From an uncultured Bradyrhizobium sp. (lineage in GTDB: Bacteria; Pseudomonadota; Alphaproteobacteria; Rhizobiales; Xanthobacteraceae), in the NCBI GenBank assembly GCA_964609175.1, contig CAZSRR010000027.1, positions 21,276 through 85,275 on the forward strand: a stretch of 64,000 nucleotides of DNA, given 5' to 3'. The notes beneath the pieces were generated by a model. That model was not told the origin of the DNA and made no database searches. It was given only the letters and a program-made list of their open reading frames with translations. This document shows, piece after piece, positions 1-9,085 of this stretch; the first letter of the stretch is position 1; each line of letters begins with the position of its first letter. The position numbers and the translations under genes are program-made.

Positions 1-18
1 ACAATACGCCGATGTGTC

Positions 19-53
19 GTGGGCACGGCGCTTGTGCGCCTTTGCCCCTCTAT
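19..53. repeat. Partial REP-like palindromic element
   Basis: GTGGGCACGGCGCTTGTGCGCCTTTGCCC resembles the right arm of the element at 40129-40221; lies just 3' of the sulfatase stop. Confidence 0.5.
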
Positions 54-90
54 GCGCATTCGCCGTCATGGCCGGGCATTGACGCTCTGT

Positions 91-2037
91 TCAGATCGGA
101 ATGGTCCGCTTCGGTTCGACGATCTCGAACATGCGCGGAAACTCGTCCATCAGCGACATCAACTCGGCGAGCCGCATCGCATCACCCGACACCTTGATCT
201 TGCCGGCGCCGACCGCTTCCGGAAACGTCGTCAGCTTGGCAATCAATTCGTCCAATACGCTGCGCGCCAGCGTGAAGCCGGCGTCGGCGTCGGCGGCTTG
301 CGCGCCGGCGGCGTAGGTCAGCGCGCTGTTCTCCAGATTCAGGACGAAGCTTTCGCCGGTATCGGTAAAATTCCAGTTCAGCACGATGCGTTTGCCCTCG
401 GCCTTCGGGCCGTTGAGGCGAACGCCGAGCACGTCCCACAATTGTTCGGTACGCAGCGCCGCCAGCGTTTCGCGCGGCATCGTCGCGCGGGGCGGCGCCT
501 TGGGCATGCCGTGCCGGAGCTCCTGCGCGCCGAACAGATAGGCGTTGCGCCAGGTCGAACTTTCCGAGGCATAGCCGAGCTGCTCGAACGTATCGGCGAG
601 CATCGCGCGCGCCGCCTGGTTGTCCGGCTCGGCGAACACCAGGTGGCTGACGGCCTGCGCCACGAAGCGGAATTCGCCCTTGGCGAAATCCCTGGCCGCA
701 CGCGACAGGATCGCCTCCGCGCCACCCATGTACTCGACATATTTTCTGCCAGCTTCCACCGGCGGCAGCGGATCGAGGTTGACCGGGTTGGCGTCGTACC
801 AGCCGAGATACTTCTGATAGATCGCCTTCACATTGTGCCGGATGTGCCCGTAATAGCCGCGTCCATGCCAGGCGCCTTCGAGGCTTTGCGGCAGGCGGAT
901 GGTTTCCGCGATCTCGGTCGCGGTAAGCCCGTGGTTCATCAGGCGGATGGTCTGGTCGTGCGCGAATTTGTAGAGGTCGCGCTGCTGGCGGATCATGGTG
1001 TCGATCCGCTCCCGTCCCCACACCGGCCAGTGGTGCTGGCCGCACATCGCCTCCGCCTTGCCGCCCCACATCTGCAGGGCTTCGCCGAGATATTTCGACC
1101 ACGCCAGCGCGTCGCGGACGTCGGCGCCGCGGAACGGCAGCAGATTGTGGAAATTATGCGTGCAGTTTTCCGCGAGGTTCAACAGCCTGTAGCGCGGGAC
1201 GAAGAAGTGCATTTCCGCCGGCGCTTCGCTGTTCGGCGCCATCTGGAATTCGAACTCCACGCCGTCGATGGTTCGCGTATCGCCCGTTGAGATGATGAGA
1301 TCCGTCGGACGCAGCAGCGCCACCGCGCCCGCCGCCATCGACTTGCCGAGCCCGCAATCGACCTGCCCGCGCTCGCCGCGGGCGAGAAACGGCCCGAACT
1401 GATATTGCGCGCGGCGCAGCATCGCAGGCCCTGCGATGATGTTCTCGGAGACGGCGTGCTCCATGAACAGGTTGGGCGCGATGATCGGCACTCTACCGTT
1501 TGAGAGCGCCTCGTCGTCGAGCACGCCACGCGCGCCGCCCCAATGGTCGGTGTGGGTATGGGTAAAGATCACGGCGCTGACCGGCCGCTGACCCCGGTGC
1601 TGGAAGTAAAGCGCCATCGCGGCGCGCGCGCCCTCGATCGAGGTCAGCGTGTCCACCACGATGACGCCGCGGTCGCCCTCGATCAGCGTCATGTTGGCGA
1701 TGTCGAGCCCGCGCACCTGGTAGACGCCGGGCACCACCTCGAACAGGCCGTGATGCATGTTGAGCCGCGACTGCCGCCACAGGCTGGGATCGACGGTCGG
1801 CGGTGCCTGCTCGGATGCGAGAAAGCCGTAAGGCTCCAGGCTCCAGACCACCCGGCCCTGCGGCGACATGATTTTGGCGTTCTCGACCGTGCCGAGAAAG
1901 CCGCGCGCGGCGTCGTCGAAATCGCGCGTGTCGGAAAACGGCAACGCCTTCAGCGTCGCCGCGTGCTGGGCGATCACGGAGGCGGATGCCTCCTTCGGTA
2001 ATTCCTTCGAGGCTTCCACGCCGGCTGGCTGGCCCAT
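91..2037 (-). CDS. Alkyl/aryl-sulfatase, SdsA1/BDS1 family (metallo-beta-lactamase fold, dimerisation and SCP2-like C-terminal domains)
   Basis: HTHTDH metal motif, PSLWRQS, QMAPNSEAPAEM, HHWP, RGYYG, YLGWYDANP. Start moved to ATG 2037 (GGGGAG upstream; removes overlap with the BVMO). No obvious signal peptide. Confidence 0.9.
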   Translation of the reverse strand: MGQPAGVEASKELPKEASASVIAQHAATLKALPFSDTRDFDDAARGFLGTVENAKIMSPQGRVVWSLEPYGFLASEQAPPTVDPSLWRQSRLNMHHGLFEVVPGVYQVRGLDIANMTLIEGDRGVIVVDTLTSIEGARAAMALYFQHRGQRPVSAVIFTHTHTDHWGGARGVLDDEALSNGRVPIIAPNLFMEHAVSENIIAGPAMLRRAQYQFGPFLARGERGQVDCGLGKSMAAGAVALLRPTDLIISTGDTRTIDGVEFEFQMAPNSEAPAEMHFFVPRYRLLNLAENCTHNFHNLLPFRGADVRDALAWSKYLGEALQMWGGKAEAMCGQHHWPVWGRERIDTMIRQQRDLYKFAHDQTIRLMNHGLTATEIAETIRLPQSLEGAWHGRGYYGHIRHNVKAIYQKYLGWYDANPVNLDPLPPVEAGRKYVEYMGGAEAILSRAARDFAKGEFRFVAQAVSHLVFAEPDNQAARAMLADTFEQLGYASESSTWRNAYLFGAQELRHGMPKAPPRATMPRETLAALRTEQLWDVLGVRLNGPKAEGKRIVLNWNFTDTGESFVLNLENSALTYAAGAQAADADAGFTLARSVLDELIAKLTTFPEAVGAGKIKVSGDAMRLAELMSLMDEFPRMFEIVEPKRTIPI

Positions 2038-2078
2038 CTTGTACGTACTCCCCTGCGCAACAAAACTGAAAGACGACG

Positions 2079-3893
2079 TCAGCGGAACTGCAGCCCTTCG
2101 AACCGGCCATTGCTGCGCCACCCGTCGATATATTTGAAATAGGCCATCGGCCCCGCCGGATGGCCGACATTGAGCCTGGCCGCCGGCCCCGGCTCGCGTC
2201 CCTCGTTATTGTAATAGCCGGGCGTGCAGTCGGGCGAGCCGATCATGCGGCCCGCGCCGGTCAGCAGCAGTTCGACCCAGCGGTCCTCGGCTTCCTTGCT
2301 GACTTCGATTTCCTCAAAACCGTTCGCCTGCGCGTGCTGCACCAGCAGCGCAATGGTCTTCGCGGCCTCCGTGAGGTTATGCGGCACGTTGGAGATCAGG
2401 TTGGCGCCCTGCGCCGGCTGAACGAAGAAGGCGTTGGGAAAACCGTGGACGTGGATGCCGTGCTTGCTGCGCATGCCCAAAGCCCAATGCTCCGACAGCT
2501 TGACGCCGCCGCGGCCGGTCAGATCGAAACCGGCACGCCGCTTGTATTCGGTGCCGACCTCGAAGCCGGAAGCATAGATGATGCAGTCGAGCGGATACTC
2601 TTTCCCTGCGACCACCACACCTTTCTCGGTGATGCGTTCGACGCCCTTGCCGTCGGTATCGACGAGATACGTGCCCGGCGTGTTGAACGCCTGCAGATAG
2701 GCATCGTGGAAGCATGGCCGCTTGCAGAGCTGGCGGTACCAGGCCTTCAGCTTCGCGGCCGTCTCGCGGTCGCCGACGATCGCATCGACCCGGGCGCGAA
2801 TTTCCTCCATCTTCTCGAAGTCGGAGTCCTCGAACGCCGCCAGCATGTTCGCAGGCGTTCGCTGCTCGCGCGGCAGATCCAGAACCTTGGCGCGGATCCG
2901 CCGCGACAGATCGGTCCAGCCGTCCTGCACCAGATCCTCTTCGGCGTTGCCGCCGGCCTGGTTCGCGGTAAAATTCTCCAGCCAGCGCTGCTGCCAGCCG
3001 GGCGTCGCGATCCCCGCGAACCACTCCGGGTCGATCGGCGTGTTGGCGCGGACGTCGACGGAGGACGGCGTGCGCTGGAAGACGTAGAGCTCCTTGCAGG
3101 CGCGCGCCAGATGCGGCACGCATTGCACGGACGTAGCGCCGGTGCCGATGATGCCGACGCGCTTGTCGGCCAGCTTTTCCATCAGCGCGCCCGACGGATC
3201 GCCGCCGGTGTAGGCATAATCCCAGCGGCTGGTGTGGAACGAGTGCCCCTCGAACGACTCGATGCCCTCGATGCCCGGCAGTTTCGGCACGTGCAGCGGC
3301 CCGGTGCCCATGCCGATGAACTGCGCGGTAAAGGCGTCGCCGCGGCTGGTGCGGATGGTCCAGCGCGATTCTTGCTCGTCCCAGTCGAGGCTCACGACCT
3401 CGGTGTGGAACAGCGCGTTGTCGTAGAGGCCGTATTGCCGCCCGATGCGCTGGCAATGCGCGAGGATTTCCGGCGCGTGCGCATATTTTTCCGACGGCAT
3501 GTGGCCGGTTTCTTCCAGCAGCGGCATGTAGACCATCGAGGCCGTGTCGCATTGCGCGCCGGGATAGCGGTTCCAGTACCAGGTGCCGCCGAAATCGCCG
3601 CCCTTCTCTATGATGCGGACATCGCCGATGCCGGCCTCCGACAGCCGCGCGGCGGTGACGAGCCCGGCAAAGCCGCCGCCGATGAAGGCGAAGGTGACGT
3701 GGTCGGTCTTCGGATCGCGCGGCGTCACCGGCGTATAGGGGTCGTCGAGATAATGCGCGAGCTGGCCGGCGACGCGCAGATACTGGTCGTTGCCGTCGGG
3801 CCGCAGTCGCTTGTTGCGTTCCTCGAGATATTTCTGGCGCAGCTGTTCCTTGTCGATCGCACGAGCTTGCGGGGACTTCCTTTGTTCAGTCAT
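2079..3893 (-). CDS. Baeyer-Villiger type flavoprotein monooxygenase (long, PtlE/PntE-like clade)
   Basis: GGGFAG and GTGATS Rossmann motifs, GGTWYWNRYPGAQCD, BVMO fingerprint FEGHSFHTSRWD, DCIIYASGF, CTPGYYNNEG. Confidence 0.88.
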   Translation of the reverse strand: MTEQRKSPQARAIDKEQLRQKYLEERNKRLRPDGNDQYLRVAGQLAHYLDDPYTPVTPRDPKTDHVTFAFIGGGFAGLVTAARLSEAGIGDVRIIEKGGDFGGTWYWNRYPGAQCDTASMVYMPLLEETGHMPSEKYAHAPEILAHCQRIGRQYGLYDNALFHTEVVSLDWDEQESRWTIRTSRGDAFTAQFIGMGTGPLHVPKLPGIEGIESFEGHSFHTSRWDYAYTGGDPSGALMEKLADKRVGIIGTGATSVQCVPHLARACKELYVFQRTPSSVDVRANTPIDPEWFAGIATPGWQQRWLENFTANQAGGNAEEDLVQDGWTDLSRRIRAKVLDLPREQRTPANMLAAFEDSDFEKMEEIRARVDAIVGDRETAAKLKAWYRQLCKRPCFHDAYLQAFNTPGTYLVDTDGKGVERITEKGVVVAGKEYPLDCIIYASGFEVGTEYKRRAGFDLTGRGGVKLSEHWALGMRSKHGIHVHGFPNAFFVQPAQGANLISNVPHNLTEAAKTIALLVQHAQANGFEEIEVSKEAEDRWVELLLTGAGRMIGSPDCTPGYYNNEGREPGPAARLNVGHPAGPMAYFKYIDGWRSNGRFEGLQFR

Positions 3894-3939
3894 CCAATCG
3901 CCTTCAGAAAATTGCCGACCTGCCTGTCATTGACACTGC

Positions 3940-5181
3940 TCAGGACGGATGCGCGGACAGGTAGGGCGAGTTTTCGATTCCCCAGGACGGCATCGGCTCC
4001 ATGCGAAAGATCTGCCGCAGATGAACTTCATCCGGACCGTCGCCGATCCGCAGCAGGCGTCCCCAGGCCAGCGCCTGATGAATCGGCGTGTCGTCGGAGC
4101 CGCCCATGGCGCCGAACACCTGCATGGCGCGGTCGGCGATCCGCTGCAGCATCGCCGGCACCGCGACCTTGATCAGCGAGACGTCGCGCCAGGCGTCCTG
4201 GTGACCGGACTGATCGAGCCGCCAGGCACAGCGATAGGCCAGCAAGCGCGCCTGCTCGAGTTCGACGCGGGATTCGGCGATCCAGCGCTGCACGGTGTCA
4301 TACTGGATCACGGTGCGGCCGAACGCCGTACGCTCCGACGAACGCACCATCATCAGTTCGATCAGCAATTCGCACAGCCCGATCGAGCGCATGCAATGAT
4401 GGATGCGGGCCGGCCCGAGCCGGATCTGCGCGACCTTGAATCCTTCGCCCTCGGTGCCGAGCAGATTGGCGCGGGGCACGCGCACATTGTCGAAGGCGAG
4501 TTCGCCGATCGGGGCGACGTGATCCTCGCATCCCATCCAGCGCAGCCGCCGCACCAGGCGGACGCCGGGCGTCTCCATCGGCACGACGACGCATGAATGC
4601 CGGCCGGTGCGTTCGGCGCCGGGGTCGGTCACGCCCATGACGATCAAAAAGCTGCAGCGCGGATGCGCCGCGCCGGTGATGAACCACTTTCGTCCGTTGA
4701 TGACGTAGTCGTCGCCGTCGCGGTCCATGCGGGTGGCGATGTTGGTGGCATCCGATGACGCCACGTCCGGCTCGGTCATACCGAAGGCCGATCGGGTTCG
4801 GCCTTCCAGCAGCGGCCGCAGCCAGCGCGCCTTTTGCTCCGGCGTCGCGCAATTCTGCAGCGCGATCATGTTGGGCACGTCCGGCGCTTGGCAGTTGAAC
4901 ACCTCGGGCGCCCAGAACAGCCGCCCCATGATTTCGGCCAGCGGCGCATATTCGAGATTGGAAAGTCTGGTGCCGGGCTCGTCCTCGGCGAGTTCGGGAA
5001 GGCCGAGATTCCACAGCCCCGCCGCCCGCGCCTTGCGCTGCAGGTCGGCCATGAAGGGCGGGACCTCACCCTTGGCGGCATGCGCCAGCCAGGCGCGATG
5101 GCGCGGCAACACCTCGTGGTCGAAGAAGCCTTGCAGTTTCTCCAGCCACGCTTCCGACCGACCGGACAGATCGAAATCCAT
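3940..5181 (-). CDS. Acyl-CoA dehydrogenase, ACAD10/11 (FadE2/LvaC-like) subfamily
   Basis: LSNLEYAPLAEIMGR, APEVFNC-APD, FGMTEPDVASSDATNI, NGRKWFITGA, LGPARIHHCMRSIG, IGDGPDEVH. Confidence 0.88.
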   Translation of the reverse strand: MDFDLSGRSEAWLEKLQGFFDHEVLPRHRAWLAHAAKGEVPPFMADLQRKARAAGLWNLGLPELAEDEPGTRLSNLEYAPLAEIMGRLFWAPEVFNCQAPDVPNMIALQNCATPEQKARWLRPLLEGRTRSAFGMTEPDVASSDATNIATRMDRDGDDYVINGRKWFITGAAHPRCSFLIVMGVTDPGAERTGRHSCVVVPMETPGVRLVRRLRWMGCEDHVAPIGELAFDNVRVPRANLLGTEGEGFKVAQIRLGPARIHHCMRSIGLCELLIELMMVRSSERTAFGRTVIQYDTVQRWIAESRVELEQARLLAYRCAWRLDQSGHQDAWRDVSLIKVAVPAMLQRIADRAMQVFGAMGGSDDTPIHQALAWGRLLRIGDGPDEVHLRQIFRMEPMPSWGIENSPYLSAHPS

Positions 5182-5285
5182 CGCGTCCTCCCATAGCGCG
5201 CCAACTTCAACTTTTGATCGAAATCTACGCTTATGTGGACGAAATTTGCAAATTCATTTTGATATATTGACAGATTTCCGAATTC

Positions 5286-5302
5286 TGACCAATTTTTGGT
5301 CA
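5286..5302. promoter_or_regulatory. Palindrome TGACCAA-TTT-TTGGTCA, candidate IclR operator
   Basis: Perfect 7-bp arms in the AT-rich divergent intergenic region, abutting the iclR start. Confidence 0.45.
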
Positions 5303-6111
5303 TGGTAACCACCGTCGCTTCTTCCGGCAGCGTCAAGCCGTCCGAAGACCACGCCGACCCCTCCTTCGCGACCACACTGGCGCATGGGCTCGACGTGCTG
5401 GCGGCGTTCCGCAATCGCAGCGGCTCGCTGTCGAACGCCGACCTCGCGCTGCATACCGGCCTGTCGCGGCCGACGGTGTCGCGGCTGACCTACACGCTGG
5501 CGCAGCTCGGCTATCTCAAGCGCGATGCCAAAGGACGCTTCCAGCCTGGGCTCGGCATTCTCGCCGCCGCCTATCCCGTTCTGTCGGCACTGAAAGTGCG
5601 GCAACTGGCGCGGCCGCTGATGCGCGACTTCGCGGCCTACACCGGCGGCACGGTGTCGATCGCAATGCCGTTCGGGCTCGACTTCATCTATGTCGAAACG
5701 GTGCGCACCACCGATGCCGTGACGCATCTGCCCGATGTCGGCTTTGCCAGTTCGTTGGCACCGACCGCGGTCGGCCGCGCGCTGCTCTCGCTGTTCAACA
5801 AGGACGAACTCGACGCCTATGTGGCCGATGTGAAGGCCGAGCGCCCGGACGAAGCCGACTACGTGCAGGCGCGGACCCTGCCCGATGTCGAACTGTGCAA
5901 GCAGCGCGGCTTTGCGATTTCGCTCGGCGAGTGGCGCCGCGAGATTTTTGGCGTCGCCGCGCCGCTCTACCGCACCGCATCCGGCGATTGCCTTTCCGTC
6001 AATTGCGGCATCCCGTCGTTTCGCTTCAATGCCGAACAGATCGAGCGCGAATGCGGGCCGCGCATGCTGGGTCTGGCTCGCAGCATCCGTGCGCTGGTCG
6101 CCGGCGACTGA
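5302..6111 (+). CDS. IclR family transcriptional regulator
   Basis: TLAHGLDVL...TGLSRPTVSRLTYTLAQLGYL HTH; TAVGRALL; GEWRREIFGVAAP. ATG 5302 preferred over TTG 5296. Confidence 0.92.
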   Translation: MVTTVASSGSVKPSEDHADPSFATTLAHGLDVLAAFRNRSGSLSNADLALHTGLSRPTVSRLTYTLAQLGYLKRDAKGRFQPGLGILAAAYPVLSALKVRQLARPLMRDFAAYTGGTVSIAMPFGLDFIYVETVRTTDAVTHLPDVGFASSLAPTAVGRALLSLFNKDELDAYVADVKAERPDEADYVQARTLPDVELCKQRGFAISLGEWRREIFGVAAPLYRTASGDCLSVNCGIPSFRFNAEQIERECGPRMLGLARSIRALVAGD

Positions 6112-6175
6112 AATAGCCCCGACAGAGGGCAGAGGGCGCATCGCTCGACCGGTGCGCAGCACATGGGAGGGAAGA

Positions 6176-7150
6176 ATGAGCCGGATCAAATCCGCGCTGG
6201 GCGTCGCGTTGGGCGCCGCGATGCTGCTAGCCAATGCCGCGCAGGCGCAGAGCAACTACCCGAACCGTCCGATCCGCGTCATCGTGCCCTACCCGGCCGG
6301 CGGCATCGTCGACCTCGTCGCGCGCGCCGTCACCGAACAGGTCGGCCGCGACTGGAAACAAACCGTCGTCATCGAGGCAAGGCCGGGCGGCAACAGCAAC
6401 ATCGGCACAGCGGCGGTGGCGCGCAGCGAACCCGACGGCTACACGTGGCTGGTCACCGGCCCGGCGGCGCTCGTCAATCCCACGCTCTACAAGGACGCCG
6501 GCTGGGATGCGCTGAAGGATCTCAGATGCGTCGGGCTTGCGGTGTGGAACCAGAGTGTCGCGCTGGTGCATCCCTCGATGCCGGCCGGCAGCATCAAGGA
6601 ATTCGTCGAGATCGCGCGCAAGAAGCCGGGCGAGCTGAATTTCGGCAATCCCGGCACCGGCTCCTCGATCGACCTCAGCGCGCAAAAATTGTTTCAGGCC
6701 GCCGGCATCAAACTGACCAATGTCGGCTACAAAGGCCAGCCCCAGGCTCTGATCGACCTGATGACCAACCTGATGCATTTCGAGATCGTCTCACTCGAAC
6801 TGGCGCTGCCGCACATCAAGGCCGGCAGCCTCAAGCCGCTGGCCGTCATGACCGACAAGCGCGTCGCCGACCTGCCCGACGTGCCGACGATTGCCGAGGC
6901 CGGATTTCCGGAGGCCACCTATGTGCCCTGGTACGGCATCTACGTGCAGGCGGGAACGCCGGCCGCCATCGCCGAGAAAATCAACGAGGGCATCAGCAAG
7001 GCGCTGCAGAATCCGGACGTGCAGCGCCAGCTTGCGGTCGCCAATATTCCCGGCAAGCCGACGCCCCTCGCAGACCTCGCCGCGCTGATGAAGGCGGACC
7101 ACGAGAAGCTGACGAAGGTAATCGCGACGTCGGGGATGGCGCTGCAATGA
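6176..7150 (+). CDS. Tripartite tricarboxylate transporter substrate-binding protein (Bug/TctC family)
   Basis: YPNRPIRVIVPYPAGGIVD, EARPGGNSNIG, VGYKG, LPDVPTIAEAG; signal peptide; GGGAGG RBS before ATG 6176. Confidence 0.9.
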   Translation: MSRIKSALGVALGAAMLLANAAQAQSNYPNRPIRVIVPYPAGGIVDLVARAVTEQVGRDWKQTVVIEARPGGNSNIGTAAVARSEPDGYTWLVTGPAALVNPTLYKDAGWDALKDLRCVGLAVWNQSVALVHPSMPAGSIKEFVEIARKKPGELNFGNPGTGSSIDLSAQKLFQAAGIKLTNVGYKGQPQALIDLMTNLMHFEIVSLELALPHIKAGSLKPLAVMTDKRVADLPDVPTIAEAGFPEATYVPWYGIYVQAGTPAAIAEKINEGISKALQNPDVQRQLAVANIPGKPTPLADLAALMKADHEKLTKVIATSGMALQ

Positions 7151-7160
7151 TGGCCAGCTC

Positions 7161-7241
7161 GTCATTCCGGGGCGGTGCGAGTTACCGAACCCGGAGTCTC
7201 GAGATTCCAGGTCCCGGTCCTTCGGATCATCCCGCAATGAC
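7161..7241. repeat. REP-like palindromic element (GTCATTCCGG...GCAATGAC)
   Basis: Inverted termini, between two convergent binding-protein genes. Confidence 0.75.
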
Positions 7242-7246
7242 TGGCG

Positions 7247-8251
7247 TCATTTCTTCACTTTACTCGCATCCATCTTGATCGACGTATCCAGCATCCTGGT
7301 CGTGAAAGCCGTGTTGACGTCGAACGGCTTCTCCATGCCGAGATAGGTCTGCACCAGTTCGTAGTCCTTTTTCATGCGCTCGGCGTCGATCCAGCCCAGC
7401 GCCCTGGTGGTGGTGAATTCGTCGGTCATCAGAAACTTGATGCGCTCCCATTGCCGCTGCTGGTTTTCCCTGTCGAGCCCGGAGGCCTGGTCGAGCAGCG
7501 CCTTCAGGCAAGGTGCAACGTCGGCGACGCAGGCGGCATAGGCCTTCTGGCTGATCCTGACGAACTCCTCGACCAGCTTCGGGTTCTTCGCGAGATAGGC
7601 GCCGTTGACGATCAGCGAGTTGCCGTACGGGTTGAGCCCGATATCCTTCCAGTTGACATGGCCGAGCTCGGAACCGAACTCGATCACCTTGAGATCGTGT
7701 TCGTTATAAAAATCGCTGATGATGTCGACGGTGTGGGCCTTCAACGCCGCGATCTTGGCGGTTGGACCTACATTAACAAAACTTACGGCGTCGGGGGCGA
7801 TGCCGACGGCTTTGGCAAAGGCCGGCCACATCACCCGCGAAGCGTCGCCGGGCGGATTTCCGATCTTGTGATTTGGAAAATCCTTCGGCCCGTTCACGCC
7901 GTAGCTCTTCAGCCAGTAGAAGGTCTGGCCGGTATTGGCGTAGATGCTCATCAGCGCCACCGCATCGGCGCCCTTGCTCTTGGCGACGAGCATGGTTGCG
8001 AGATCGGCGATGCCGAACGGCGAGCCGCCGGAGCCGACCTTCAGCGCGGAGACGCCGGAGCCCTTGCCCACCTCGATCGTCAGGTCGATGCCGGCCTTCT
8101 CGTACCAGCCCTGCGCCTTGGCGTAGTAAAACGGTGAATGGTCCGCCGTCGGTGTCCAGTTGAGGACCAGGTTGACGGCCTCGGCCGCACTGCAGGACGC
8201 CGCCGGCAGAGCCAGTGCAACCGCTAGCCCAGCAATTCGCAACGACTTCAT
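7247..8251 (-). CDS. ABC substrate-binding protein, NMT1/THI5 family (paralogue 1)
   Basis: LNWTPTADHSPFYYAKAQGWY..AGIDL, GKGSG, YGNSLIVN; signal peptide; GAGGAGG RBS. Confidence 0.9.
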   Translation of the reverse strand: MKSLRIAGLAVALALPAASCSAAEAVNLVLNWTPTADHSPFYYAKAQGWYEKAGIDLTIEVGKGSGVSALKVGSGGSPFGIADLATMLVAKSKGADAVALMSIYANTGQTFYWLKSYGVNGPKDFPNHKIGNPPGDASRVMWPAFAKAVGIAPDAVSFVNVGPTAKIAALKAHTVDIISDFYNEHDLKVIEFGSELGHVNWKDIGLNPYGNSLIVNGAYLAKNPKLVEEFVRISQKAYAACVADVAPCLKALLDQASGLDRENQQRQWERIKFLMTDEFTTTRALGWIDAERMKKDYELVQTYLGMEKPFDVNTAFTTRMLDTSIKMDASKVKK

Positions 8252-8330
8252 CTCGACCTCCTCGTCTACAGCCGACCTTGTCGCCGAGCGTCGGTGACGC
8301 TACCAATGCAACTCGGGACTAGAAGACTTG

Positions 8331-8346
8331 TCAACTGTTCGGTTGG
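8331..8346. promoter_or_regulatory. Degenerate TetR operator candidate TCAACTGTTCGGTTGG
   Basis: 12/16 match to the core of the palindrome at 8994-9015; sits in the SBP/tetR divergent region. Confidence 0.5.
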
Positions 8347-8348
8347 AA

Positions 8349-8996
8349 ATGCCTAAAAAACGATCTGACGACAAAGCGCCACAGCGGCGCGACCCCGCCG
8401 CGACCCGCAAGAAGCTGCTGACGGCGGCGCGGCGTGAATTCGCCAGCAGCGGGCTTGCCGGCGCCCGGGTCGACGAGATCGCGGCGCGTGCGGGCGTCAA
8501 CAAGCAACTCGTCTATCATTATTTCGGCGACAAGGATGCGCTGTACCTCGCCGTTCTAGAATGGGTCTACGAGGAAATCCGCGCGCAGGAGCGCAAGCTC
8601 AACCTCGAGGGATTGCCGCCCGAGCAGGCGATCAGGAAGCTGATCGAGAGCTCTTTCGACCATCTCGCCGCGCATCCGGACTTCATCGTGCTGCTCAACG
8701 ATGAAAACCGTGGCGGCGCCCGCCATGTGCGCGGCTCCCGCAGGCTGCCGGCGATGCATTCCCCGCTGGTGAGCCTGGTTTCGACCATCCTCAAACAGGG
8801 GGTCAAGTCCGGCGTATTCCGCAAGGGCATCAACCCGGTCCATCTCTACATCTCGATTGCAGGTCTCAGCTATTTCTACTTTTCGAATACGCCGACCCTG
8901 TCGGCGATCTTCGGCAAGGACCTGTCGAGCCGGGCCGCCCGGCTGGCCCGCCGCCGGCACGTGGTCGACCTGGTGATGCATTCGCTGCGCCCATAA
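8349..8996 (+). CDS. TetR family regulator (RutR/NicS-like C-terminal domain)
   Basis: GARVDEIAARAGVNKQLVYHYFGDKDALY HTH; YISIAGLSYFYFSN..TLSAIFG. Confidence 0.92.
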   Translation: MPKKRSDDKAPQRRDPAATRKKLLTAARREFASSGLAGARVDEIAARAGVNKQLVYHYFGDKDALYLAVLEWVYEEIRAQERKLNLEGLPPEQAIRKLIESSFDHLAAHPDFIVLLNDENRGGARHVRGSRRLPAMHSPLVSLVSTILKQGVKSGVFRKGINPVHLYISIAGLSYFYFSNTPTLSAIFGKDLSSRAARLARRRHVVDLVMHSLRP

Positions 8997-9015
8997 TCAA
9001 CCGTATGGTTGATTA
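8994..9015. promoter_or_regulatory. Palindrome TAATCAACC-GTAT-GGTTGATTA, candidate TetR operator for the downstream operon
   Basis: Perfect 9-bp arms overlapping the tetR stop, 70 bp before the permease start. Confidence 0.65.
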
Positions 9016-9085
9016 GTCAGGAAGGCCGCGATAGATTGCGGTCACGCGTCCGGGAGACGGGCGCGCCGGCCTTTGGGAGCGCACG

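Noticed and set aside
19-4172. Long + strand ORFs (423 aa, 670 aa) antisense to the sulfatase and BVMO
   Set aside because: Shadow frames typical of high-GC codon bias; no motifs, and they fully overlap well-supported genes
8349-8996. Calling this TetR the nicotinate regulator NicS because of the nearby nic island
   Set aside because: Its palindrome was not seen at the nic promoters, which carry a different motif; family resemblance only
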